DNA from: Nemertoderma westbladi
Lineage: Eukaryota > Animalia > Xenacoelomorpha
Assembly: GCA_032718475.1 (NCBI GenBank)
Contig: JAUCBJ010006002.1
Location: 1-64,000, forward strand
DNA length: 64,000 nt
Direction of reading: 5' to 3'
Shown here: positions 13,240 through 24,645 of the stretch, piece by piece
How the letters are laid out: every line of letters starts with the position of its first letter
Position numbering within the stretch: the stretch's first letter is position 1
Notes under the pieces: model-generated
The model's database searches: none
Seen by the model: only the letters and a program-made list of their open reading frames with translations
What the model was told of the DNA's origin: nothing
Made by a program: the position numbers and the translations under genes

Positions 13240-14040
13240 TTGGGTCAGCAAGCAGCAGAAAATACAGAACTTAGGAAAGCAATAGCATGGTTAGCTCTAA
13301 CAAAAGTGAAAACCATCTGGAAATCAGCACTTCCCTGCCACACCATGTTGTTCGATAAAACCAAGTTCTTTCGAGCCACAGTAGTAAGCGTACATTTGTA
13401 TATGATGAGTGCGACCTGGACAATAACACTGATGAAATCACTTGAACGGCGGATTGATGATTGTTACATAAGATTACTTAGTGCACCATGACACATCAGC
13501 TGGCGACAACACATGACCAACGCCAAGCGCAAGCTTTGTGGCATAATGCCGTATTGTACCGGGGGGTTAGCTCAGTTTATTGAGCACCGGGTTTACAATA
13601 AATTGTTTGTAGGTTCAGCCCTGTCAGGATCCACTCAGCCTTCCATCCCCAAGAGGGCTCGATAAAATGAGGACCAGTTGAAATACTGGGAGCAAAACTC
13701 AGGATAAGAATTCTGCCCATCCCTACTTTCAGGTAGCAGATAACGAAGTCGAGCTTACAAGTCGTCTCTGTGGACTATATCAACTACTCAATATGAACGC
13801 AGACTACAATTTTGTGAGAACTTCTGAAAAGTTTAAAGACGATCCAGATCTACTTACTATATGTAATATCATTCCAGATATACTTTTCTCGCAACCAGCA
13901 CAGGGTAGACGTTCCTGTGACGACCACCTGTGACATATATAAACCAACATGAAAGGGATACTGGACTTGAGAGAAACGATATTGCAATAAGTATGGAGAA
14001 TCGGGAAGCCCGGAAAGATCTCATTTCAATCGTCTGAGCT
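13240..14040 (+). mobile_element. Decayed RTE LINE 3' fragment, interrupted by a SINE
   Basis: RKAIAWLALTKVKTIWKS, FFRATV, IDDCYIRLL. Later GRR..., DTGLE- and MENRE-like C-terminal remnants. Confidence 0.75.
13559..13785 (+). mobile_element. tRNA-derived SINE with conserved-type central domain
   Basis: A-box-like TAGCTCAGT..., B-box-like GGTTCAGCCC, then CCACTCAGCCTTCCATCCCCAAGAGGGCTCGATAAAATGAGGACCAG. It splits the surrounding RTE remnant. Confidence 0.75.
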
Positions 14041-14119
14041 TGTTCGACTAGTAGTACATTGTAGTAGAGGTAGTATATTAAATCAATTTGAGTAATATTG
14101 GTTATGTTATTATGTTTAG

Positions 14120-14309
14120 CCGGAAGCGATGCTATCCTATTATTGTCAGTTTTCTGGACAGCCTACAAACATTATAATGATCTCAACAAGAATTATATAT
14201 TTACTAAATCCAAAGTTCTTCAGACCATCAACTGCAACATTATCTATGCCCTTCAAGGTGCCAGTTTCCAGTGTTCAGCATGGGTACTGGTGTTAATGAC
14301 GGCTGACAG
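14120..14309 (+). CDS. GPCR coding exon 2 (TM2, ECL1, TM3 up to DR)
   Basis: Acceptor TGTTTAG|CC at 14119/14120. Encodes (A)GSDAILLLSVFW...INCNII...CSAWVLVLMTAD(R). Phase-2 donor AG|GTGATT at 14309/14310. Confidence 0.88.
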
Positions 14310-14789
14310 GTGATTATTTAGCTAATAACAATATTATAAATTAAAAGGATATTTCCTTATGTAGGATAAAAAATGTAAACAGGAAATAAAATAAGTAACT
14401 ACAGTATTACAGTATGTAGGCTTCTGTTAGTATTTATTACTAGTATTACTGTATATATTTATAAATACTGTAATATAAAAAATAAAATTATAATATGTTG
14501 GCTTCCAAGCCTATTTAATATATAAATTACATAAGAAGCTAGAATAAAAATTAATAAATTATAGTGGGTAAAGGAATTAATTACTTGTTTAATATTACTT
14601 AATGCTACTGGTCAGTGCTGCCCAACGAGTTTAAAGTTCAACTATTTAATTAAGGGGGGGGGGGTACACCCCCTCTCAGGTCAACATTTTTGTTTTTTGT
14701 TTTTTTATTTCATCTAGAGCAGAATTGAATGAGGATTACAAACCTGAAAAAGGCTTAGCGAGATCTCTTTTATTTCTCTAGTAATGGCT

Positions 14790-15600
14790 GGTTTTCCATC
14801 TGTATGTCTGTCTGTCTGTCCATCAAAATATTAAAATATAAAATAAGCAATCCGAAATATTTGCTGTTGGGATTTTTCTTAATGTCGATGTCTGTTTTCA
14901 TGTTTGGAATTATCTAATCACTATGTCTGTATGTCAGTCTGTCTCTCAATTTGTCTGTTTGTCTGTTTGTATGTCTGTCTGTCTGTCAAAGTGTTCGTCA
15001 AATTTTAAATAATATATATTTAATAGATATTTGTGAGTTTTGTATTACATATTGAACAGTTGTCTAATGGACTAGTTGTCTACTTGTAATAACAAATGTG
15101 AACCATCATATAACAATAGCTGGTAATAAATAATTATGGGAAACAACCATAAACTTATTTTAACTTATTTACTTAAATTTCGCAGGCTCTGAGAGTAATT
15201 CACATGCTGCGCGAAGTCTTCATGTGCTGCATGAACATTTCATGTGCCGCGTGAAGGCATCTCATTCTGATCAAAAAGCTTTCCGAGATTCTTGATTAAT
15301 AAACGTGCTTTGTGAAGAATTTAAGTACTATGTGAAACCTTCACGTGCTGCGCGAATGTTTCAGGTGCTGCGCGAAGGTTTTACATGCTGCTCAAAGCTT
15401 AATGTTCTGTGTAAAGGCTTATTATAAAAATATGTGGAAATTTTTATATCATTTTGAAAGTTTGTTAAAGGTGTCTCATTATTCCATGACTATTTATTAC
15501 TAAATTACGAAATAGTATGCGATCAAATCAAAATTCCAGAATGAAATTTGTTCACGTGCTGCGCGAAGCACTCTAAAATTATTTTAACAGGTTTTTTAAA
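14790..15600. repeat. Degenerate DINE-1/HINE-like repeat region with (GTCT)n tracts and multiple CGTGCTGCGCGAAG units
   Basis: GTCT tracts at about 14800-14990. Repeated CA(C/T)GTGCTGCGCGAAG units at 15200-15570 match the 3' end motif of the 10535 and 56470 elements. Confidence 0.5.
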
Positions 15601-15889
15601 GTTGGTAGGGGTTTATTTGAACCAAATTTCATGAAATCCATTGAGAAATCACGAAATAGATAGGGGATAACCAATGGAAAAGGAAAAGAAGATACCAGTA
15701 AATGAAAATAGCGGGAACATTTGAAATATATTGTTCTTAAACTTTAAATGCGTTTATCTGGGAATTGTATTTTTCACATTCAAAATACTACTACTCGGCC
15801 ATTTCTTAACCAATTTTCGAAATCTTTTTTTTGTTTGATTTCTTTTCGGGTTTTGATCAAAAGTTATTGCCGATAGAAAGTAGGACCCA

Positions 15890-18679
15890 GTATTTTCCAA
15901 ATTTACATTTTTTGAAAGTGCGAATTATTCGATAAATGTTCCTAATGTTCCTGATGATATTAAACTCACAAGAGAAGAAATGTTTGGGGAAATTGCAGAT
16001 CATAAAGCATTAGGGATTCAATGGGACCTCCAGAAGGATAGTTAATATTTTAAATATGTGCCTAAAGGAAAACCTTGCACTAAGCGTGGATGCTTGTCCA
16101 TACGAAATTCTGTTTTGATCCAATGAATTTCCTAGGACCTGTACTTCTGGTAGGCATGAATATCATAAAATCCATGTGGATAAATAAGATCTCTTGGGAT
16201 GAAATTCTTTCCCAACCTATTCAACAAGAGTGGAATAAGTGGGTCAAGAACCTACAGGATATTGATCAAATCCCAATACCAAGAGCATTCTTCCCTTGTA
16301 GAATAAACGGTGATGTTTATCAATTACATAGCTTTTCAGAAATCAAAATCAAAATCATCAAAATCCGGCGGAGTAGTGACATATATCCGACGTATTACAC
16401 TCACAGGAGAAATCCAAACTAGTTTCCTTTTTGCTAAGGCCAAAACAGCATGTGGGGAATTTGTGGCTACAATTCCATGCTTGGAACTACAAGCTGCAGT
16501 ATGGTCTGCTAGACAGGTACGAATGATAAGTAAACAAATCCGATTTCCCATCACCAAGATATATTACTGGATTGATGCATCCATAGTGCTGTACTACTTG
16601 AAATCACCTTCTAGACGTTTTAGACAACATTTGTTGCAAATAGGGCAACTATCATTAAGCAGATGACACGTTCAGAACAATGGAATCATGTGGCAGGAAA
16701 AGATAACCCAGCAGACTTCGCTAGCAGGGGAGTTACTGTGAAACAGCTGATTAAATCAAAGATATGGTTCCAAGGCCCTGAATTCCTGAAAAGGCCTGAA
16801 TCTGCATGGAATACTAGATTTGATCCATTACTAGACTCAGAGAACTATAGTGAAGCGGATAAAGAAATCCGCAAGATTGGAAAAGCTACAACACCACTTG
16901 AAATATATGAATATATGACTGAACCATTTGGATATGAAAGAGTGGAAAATATTCATACAATTCAAATTCCAGATGCATATATGTTGACAAAACTAAGTCA
17001 ACCTGCTTCCCAAAAGACACAAGTTACCATAGGACCATATACAGTACAATCATTAATACAACATTATTCATCATACCATCGATTGGTTCTTTTTGTGATT
17101 ACAATAAGACAATTTCTTCGATGGCATAAGGGATTAATTATTCAAAGATGTAAACTTATTCCTCAGACTGAATACCAGATGGCAGAGCGACAATTAATCC
17201 GTTATGTCCAGAAAGAGTTTTATTCTACTGAGATAGAATGCTGCCTGAGAGGAGGGTCAATTAGGCCAGGTAGCCCAATATATCAGCTGCACCCGAGATA
17301 TGATGAGGAATACTTCGAACAGATACAAGATTAACTAGAGCTCCATTAGACTCTGAGACCAAGAACCCTATTATCATTCCTGGGAAGTCACCATTAGCTC
17401 TACTCATAGTACGGCACTATCATGAAAGAAATCTACATTCAGGACAGAACTGGCTTACTGTACAGATCAGGCAGAGGTTCTGGATAACTGGGATTAATAC
17501 AATAATTAGAAAGATTTTGAAGCATTGTCTAGTATGTAGACACGTTACTTGGCACTACCACTAACTCAGAGAATGTCATATTTACCATCCGAGAGAAGCC
17601 AAATCTACCTCCATTCAGTACCACAGGTGTAGACTGTTATGGACCATTCTCAGTGGTTCAAGGGAGGACAACAAGGAGGGGCGTTATTTTTACCTGTTTT
17701 AGATCAAGGGCAATATATCTAGATATAGTATATAATCAAACTGGGAATGCATTCATCAATGCGCTACTCAGGTTTGTTACACAATGTGGGTATGTAAAAA
17801 TGATGTATAGCGATAATGGTGGTGAACGAGTCTTACGGGAAACTGTTTCGGAATGGTTCCAAGAATCCAATTTACGGCGATTTCAAGACCAATATGCAAT
17901 AGAATGGCGTTTTCAAACTCCAGTTGCACCACACACCAGTGGTGTATGGAAACTTCTAGTAGGAATGGTTAAAGGAGCGCTAAGAATTGCAATAGGTGGT
18001 ACTCATATCACAGAAGACTCTTTAAGAACTATACTCTGTGAAATTGAAGCGACATTAATATTGAACAATCGTCCATTAGTGCCAATCACTAATGATCCCA
18101 CTGACTTTGATACACTTACACCAAACCACCTTCTAGGAAAACCGGGAATTAACATCCTACCAGAGGAGTTGTTTCCAGAACAGTGTCTACGGATTACAGA
18201 TTGGAAAAGGGCACAGGTATTATCTGCTCACTGGTGGCGTGTATGGCTAAAACAATATATAATAACTTTATCTGCTCACTGGTGGCGTGTATGGCTAAAA
18301 CAATATATAATAACTTTGAGATCACGAAAGAAATGGCATTCAGCTAAGAGGAATGTAAGAAAAGGAGACCTTGTATTATTAGTAGTAGGAAGTTTTGATA
18401 GAACAAGATGGCCTAAAGAAATGGCATTCAGCTAAGAGGAATGTAAGAAAAGGAGACCTTGTATTATTAGTAGTAGGAAGTTTTGTTAGAACAAGATGGC
18501 CTATGGCCCGAGTGATAGAAGTTCATCCTGGAGAAGATGGAATTGTTCGGACTGTAACTATTAAGACAGCAGGTGGTACATACCAGCGACCAGTATCCAA
18601 ACAATGCCATCTCGAGAATTGTGATGATGAGGATAGATCCGTAACAAGACCTGGTATGGAGGATAACAAGTGTAACTAG
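15890..18679 (+). mobile_element. BEL/Pao LTR retrotransposon pol remnant (RNase H region, integrase, C-terminal DUF5641-like), 5' truncated and frameshifted
   Basis: ALGIQW, FDPMNFLGP, LELQAA, WIDASIVL, WNHVAGKDNPADFASRG, WFQGPEFL, integrase SDNG / NNRPL / LTPNHLL, and RWPMARVIEVHPGEDGIVRTV, all typical of BEL/Pao. Confidence 0.95.
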
Positions 18680-19629
18680 TAAATTAAGAGCATATTTTCA
18701 ATAATAAGGATTAACTATATTAAAAATTATGTAAGAAATTTGAAATAAAACATCACCAATGGATTATGACATATTCTAGAATTATGACAAGATTTACCAA
18801 TATTATGGTATATCATAAACTATCAATAACAAATGGCCACAGGAGATTTACTCTCTTGTCACTTCATTATGGAGATATGGAAAGCAAATGTATGATGTGG
18901 GTAAAGGATGTCGGGAGAAGGATAGGAGTGATGAAACATGAAACATACTAGATACTACAATACAATGAATCTGTGAAAGATGACAGCAATGTATCATAAT
19001 TAATAATGGTATTCTTATGCTTATGTTGATAAGTTGGATAAGATAATGTTAATGATAATGTTTTGCTTCGGACTTAGGTCCAAATGCTGTTCTTTCTGGA
19101 AGTCAGAAGTATGGAGCTAGCTTAAGAAAGGGGAGAAAATATATATCAGAATGTCAATGGAGAGGACAGTGTTATTCTATGGAAGCATCTCTGTGAATAT
19201 ATTATATGAATTCTACAGGTTCCATGGATGGTTCCTGCTGAGTATGTTCTTCAAGAACTGAATGAGTCCAATAATCAATGGCTTTAAGGGATTTGCCATA
19301 AAGTTGACAAAACCTACAAAATATGCCTTTGTCACAAGGTTGCTAGGGAAGATGAATGGCGATTATTTCCTGAATATTGCAAATGATAATTATGGTGCTT
19401 TGTTTAATATCAACAGAGAATGTTGGTGAATAAATGAAAGATAAATGTTGTATGTTCTTTTATATTGTTGTTGTTATTGTGATGTCCATACGTATACTAT
19501 GTATGCTAGAAGATATTGTATTAACCAGAAAGTTAGATATTTATCTCTTGTGTTTTATTTATACTGCTTAGATACATATAATATTGTCGCTGATACCAAT
19601 ATGGGGCAGTCCAAGGCCCTATAATTGAT

Positions 19630-20238
19630 ATGGATTACTCCTTGTTAAAGAATAACCCTCTGCCAGTGGCTCTTAGGATAAAAGCGCCATCGGAGACTAA
19701 ACATGAACCAACACACAAGTCATCACAAAGACTCCGATTGAAGTCTACTCTCAAACGACACAAACCCCATCAAAAGTCAAGAGGTATACCTGCCAAAGTC
19801 AACAGATGTTTCACTCCTAATCTTAACCTTATGGGAGGGTTATCAGAACCACCAGGCACATTTACCAGCCCTAGTAAATACAAGTATAAAATATATCCTT
19901 CCAAGTTTTATAGAGAACCTAATCCACACCATTTACAGCCAGTGACTGCTTTGAGTGAAGATTCGGATAGATGGTATTCCAATGCCCCCGCAGATCCAAC
20001 TCCAGTATCAATATCCATTGGTACTTCACCTTTGCAGCCCACTACATATGAAGTCAAAACACCTGAAATAGTGTCTCCAATGCAACAAAGATCAGACCCT
20101 TTCCATATAACATCTTGGTACAATCACCAAACTTTTGAGACCTTCCGCCACATCCAGCAGAAAAGAATGATAGAAGAAAAACAATGCAGTAACTCTTCAA
20201 TAGTCGCTAATGGAGAAACAGAAATATATATTTTATGA
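19630..20238 (+). CDS. Putative BEL/Pao accessory ORF A (Pro/Ser/Lys-rich, likely disordered)
   Basis: Open 202-codon ATG-initiated ORF between pol and the PPT. Its stop overlaps the start of the next ORF (ATGA, 20235-20238). No recognised domain. Confidence 0.4.
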   Translation: MDYSLLKNNPLPVALRIKAPSETKHEPTHKSSQRLRLKSTLKRHKPHQKSRGIPAKVNRCFTPNLNLMGGLSEPPGTFTSPSKYKYKIYPSKFYREPNPHHLQPVTALSEDSDRWYSNAPADPTPVSISIGTSPLQPTTYEVKTPEIVSPMQQRSDPFHITSWYNHQTFETFRHIQQKRMIEEKQCSNSSIVANGETEIYIL

Positions 20239-20747
20239 ATGTGGTAGAAATGTCTGGATGCACTCGTTGTGGCAGATCAGACTGTCCTGAATCTAAAGAT
20301 ATATCCATTCCCAAGCATCCATCAGTGAAGTGTCTCACCAGAAGAATACCTGTATACTGTCCATACTGCAATATTGATGGCCATTCTATTATGGCATGTA
20401 CACAGCTGGTAGAGATATGCAGTATTTGTCGAGTACGGGGACATGGCGCAACATCTAGATGTTCTCCCAAATATGCTAATACTAGCTCTGAACAGATTAC
20501 AAATCTGGTGTATTTTGAAACACACGCGAAGTCAAATCCATACACTATGAGAAGATTGGATGGAACGAGTCAGGGGGACCAGATGGCTATGGGATTCTGT
20601 CCTTTACCTAAAAGCCTGTTTCGGTCACCTTTTAGTTATGGTGATTTGATAGAAACCGCTTATATGTATGGGGTAAGGGAGACCATCAATCATATACAAA
20701 CGTATGACCCGGATTTAGGGGGGGGGGGGGGGGGATGTTTTGTTTAA
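20235..20747 (+). CDS. Putative BEL/Pao accessory ORF B with tandem zinc knuckles
   Basis: CPYCNIDGHSIMAC is an exact CX2CX4HX4C. CSICRVRGHGATSRC is CX2CX4HX5C. A further CTRC...H...C cluster lies upstream. The ORF runs through the PPT. Confidence 0.6.
   Translation: MNVVEMSGCTRCGRSDCPESKDISIPKHPSVKCLTRRIPVYCPYCNIDGHSIMACTQLVEICSICRVRGHGATSRCSPKYANTSSEQITNLVYFETHAKSNPYTMRRLDGTSQGDQMAMGFCPLPKSLFRSPFSYGDLIETAYMYGVRETINHIQTYDPDLGGGGGGCFV
20717..20745 (+). other. Polypurine tract and probable start (TG) of the 3' LTR
   Basis: A-poly(G)-A followed directly by TGTTTTG at 20736, downstream of pol. The LTR 3' end could not be defined because there is no 5' LTR to compare. Confidence 0.6.
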
Positions 20748-21105
20748 AAATGTTAAAGTCATTCGGAAGCGGGAGGTAGCCAGAATCGACAGGATTTGAA
20801 CAATTTGTAATTTTAACCAAGTAAAACAAACCGGACCCCCTTAGAAATACTGTAAGCTAAAAAGCTATAGGGTCAATCCTATATGTTATGTTGGACAATA
20901 CCTATATACATTGTTTTTGCTTAATGCTGTTTTATACCTTGTGTTATGTAGTGTTTTTGCTTAATGCTGTTTTATTATACCTTGTGTTATACAGTGTTTT
21001 TGCTTAATTTTATTATTTAATTTATAAACATACATGTATAAATAAATCTATCCATCAATCTCATACATACAGCATTATCATATGTTAATTAATGTGTTTT
21101 TATAG

Positions 21106-22042
21106 GTTTATAGCAATAACCTTCCCTCTGAAACATTTGATATGGTGCACAAAGAAACGCATTACTAAGGGACTCGCAGCAGCTGTCGTGATCTCCATTG
21201 CGATGGTTCTCCCTGTGATATCTACGCTATATGTGGAACAAAGCATCCACCACCAAAATGGAACTTTGAAAGCAATCATCCGCTACAAATGCCGTCAAAA
21301 AGATATGCCATCCATAATGATGTATGGCTATTGGTGGTATTTATTCGGCACACGCATCATCCCTTTCATCGCTGTTGTTGTCTTCAACAGCAGTTGTGTA
21401 ATCTGCCTAATGCTTAGAAGAACTCGCCGACAACTACTGATGCCATCTAGAATAATGTCATCAACACGCATGAACACTACTTTGATTCTCACTGCTTCTG
21501 CCTACATAACTCTTTTATTTCCGGATTTTATTAAGCTTTTAGTAGAGTGTTTAGCTACAACTAGCAACGCTGGTGGTCGTACACAAACCACAGTGAGTCA
21601 GTCATTCCTAAAGAGTGAATTCTGGAACTCTGTAACTCATATTGGATTGGTTTCCAATTGTTGTGCTCCATTTATTATATATATTGCATCCAATAAATTG
21701 TTTAGAGAGAGTTGCATGCATGTCAGTTCCTGTGGTTTGTACGTTGCGTGGATGAGGTTTTGTACCCGATTTGGACATGTTTCACCGAATCAGATATCCA
21801 GAAGTGACATGGCAATGGCCAACACTTCGTCAACTCGTTGTCGACTCTTATTGAATAATCCGGATACATCGTATGTTGGGTCACCCCAATATTGTAATAG
21901 AGGGAAGTTGCTTCATGGGGCGCCACTTCTACAAATGGACAATAAAGAAGAATTCCCATTGCATACTCTCAAGCCAACAGATGATACTTTTGAATCCGAT
22001 GCCCTAGATATTGGGAATACAATTAATGCTGAAATTAGTTAA
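21106..22042 (+). CDS. GPCR coding exon 3 (DRF through TM7 and C-tail)
   Basis: Acceptor TTTTATAG|G completes D-R-FIAITFPL. TM4, ECL2 Cys, TM5 IIPF...FN, TM6 AYITLLFP, TM7 SNCCAPFIIY, helix 8 NKLFR. The three exons total 1323 nt (440 aa + stop) in one frame. The pattern resembles invertebrate FMRFamide-receptor-like orphan GPCRs; ligand unknown. Confidence 0.92.
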
Positions 22043-23329
22043 ATATTATTCATGCAGGTCTACAATTTAAATGTTTTTATTGCAGTATAATCGTAGTATT
22101 ACAGTAATATCGAAACAATATAATAGATAAACATGTTAACAAATGTCAAATAGGCCTACGAAAGTTGCACCTCAATACCAAGGGGAAATTAAATAAGAAA
22201 GTTTATGAAGGACATTAATGTAAGATAATTATTTCATTATTTTTGGATGATTAGTTGCAATGGGGTAATTATAAACCAATTGTTAAAGTGTTGTGATAGT
22301 GCAATTTTATATGCATGATGGTGCAATATGTAAATGTTTTATGTACTCTATGTATGTTTACATTTCACCAATGAGGCTTTAGGCTAGGCTTAGTAGGTGG
22401 CAGCCTGAGGCCCCGGCTTGAAAATCAAAAGGGTATCCAAATTTGAGAATAACTGCTTAGAGGATGTCCAAGTGTAATCCAAACACATTCCTTCAAAAAG
22501 ACCCGCCCGCCATCTAGTCAACAGATAATAAAACAAATTCCGTTCACTTCGGTCACATTATTTTTTTCTGGTGCATTGGTTCACTCTGACATTACTTGTG
22601 TATATTATTATAATACCATAATAATGATAATTTTTAATTAAATTTACCCCGATGTATTTATTTATATTTTATATATAGGTTTCGTTTGGCATAGATTAAC
22701 AATGGTGGCATTGACAACCAGGTGGTTATCAAATTGTGACCTACAGGTTGAAAGTTTAGATGCTCTAACCATTCCACTATGCGCTTAGATTGATTGTTTG
22801 TTTTTACGCCATAAATACAGAGTACTGTAGATACAATTTACAATAACAACAAAATACATATTAATACTTTACTTATTTGGACAGACGGTAATATATATAT
22901 TTAAATTCGTAAAAATTAATGGCATGAAGGACATAAAAATACATAGTAAAACTTACTTAAGATTGCACCGAGAACAGAAAATACATATTAAATTTGGCGT
23001 CTTTATTCTGATATTATTCAGCATATATTACTAAAATCTTTAAAATCATAAAAGTTTTAAGGCAACTAAAGAAAAATATTTAAAAATACAAATAAAAATT
23101 TCAAATACTAATAAACAAATAAAAAATTGAAACGATAATCTGACTATCTTGTGTCTAATCATGTTTTGACGTAAGTTTATTATTATTATTCAGTAATTAA
23201 TAATTAAAAATAAATAAGATGTATTGGATAGCTCCATGAGGCCGGTGCCTCGTTTCCATGGAGGTCCATTCAAGTACTGTACATAAGTTAAAAAGTTAAA
23301 AATATTGAAATGCTGATTCGTCAGAACTC

Positions 23330-24350
23330 TCTATAATGCGCTTTTTGCGTAATTTGTTTGAAAACAAGGGGGATTCAGCAGTGGTTACCGGCAGTTTATT
23401 CCATAGTTAATGGCCTTTGTAGCTTAGTGCCATTTGTCCATGTACCGTGCATTTATGGGGTAAAAATGCGAGAATTGAGGCTCTATGCATCCCAGATCGA
23501 CCTTCGTGAAACTCTACCAGTTCTACCATGGTGGTGATGTACCATGGGATTTACGGTTCATGTGCGACAGGATTACTGACTGCACTCGTAGCCTATTGGC
23601 AGCCAATTTATGGCAATGAAGTGAGAAGTGAGTTAAAATGGAATCGTGGAACATCGAATATTGTCGAATTTCTTCAGTTTAATATCAGTTACCATACACA
23701 TTATCTGTAGCTTGGAATCAGCTAGTCGTGTTTTACCAAATAATACACTTTCAGTTTTGTCAAGATTAATAGTTAGACGTTTCTGTCAATTGTTTGACTA
23801 CTCAATTACTCTATGCATAGTATTTTGCAGGGACTTTTGAATAATTTCAAAATTTTAATCACACTTAAGCAGGCCAATATCATCATCAGCGAAGCGGTGG
23901 CAGTATATCTTCTTTTACATCAGTTATGATTTGTATTTGCGATACCTGATCTAGGACGTAGTCAAAATCATTACTATTTATTTACTAGGTACAACCAGAC
24001 ACCTGAATCGATCCTTACGGTCCTGCAACATTGTCGATTGGTTTAACCTCAGACTTAGCACCATTTACAACCACACATTGTCTCCTGTTGGTCAAATGAG
24101 ATCTGAACCATTCCTGTGTCTTTTTGCACCTATAGCTTGTAGCTTTTGAAATAGAATGTCATGATTCACTGTATCAAATAAAAATGTTTAAAACTTTTTA
24201 AAATTATTGATTAATATCATTCCTTTCATTTTACCCTGATCCATCGCTACTTGTATGTACTAATTGTTTAACCAATAGCAGCGATGTCTCTGTTTAATAC
24301 CCATCACGAAAGGCTGATTCATATAATTGCTTGAAAATTGATTGATAAAT
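23330..24350 (-). mobile_element. Old CR1/L2-type LINE RT remnant
   Basis: Minus-strand translation gives FDTVNHDILFQKLQAIG (about 24130-24180), FADD (about 23885-23896) and LWNKLP (about 23390-23407) in the expected order. Confidence 0.75.
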
Positions 24351-24645
24351 CAAAATAATAATTTAATTATAATATATTTAATAATTTAATAATAAAATTA
24401 ATTGATATAATATATTGCTTTATATATAAATTGTATGCGTTATCAAAATAGTATCTCACATCGCCATATGTAAAGATACCTTGATGGATTCAAGTCTGTT
24501 TTTTATATCGAGATGTAGCGCATTTACTTTGGCAGAGAAGGCAACATTGAGCGTAATGGAGTTTTTCATGCAGTTCTGTTATATCTTTATTACACTTTTT
24601 GGTTGCATTAGCAGTGCAGCACCCACAAAGGAAATCTATTTGACT

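Noticed and set aside
13561-13625. tRNA gene (also B-box-like motifs near 11870, 11973 and 33485)
   Set aside because: No complete cloverleaf, and they are followed by SINE-like bodies or decayed sequence; treated as SINE heads.
18680-19629. env gene between BEL pol and the accessory ORFs
   Set aside because: No sustained ORF, signal peptide, furin site or TM anchor is recognisable; a fully decayed ORF cannot be excluded.
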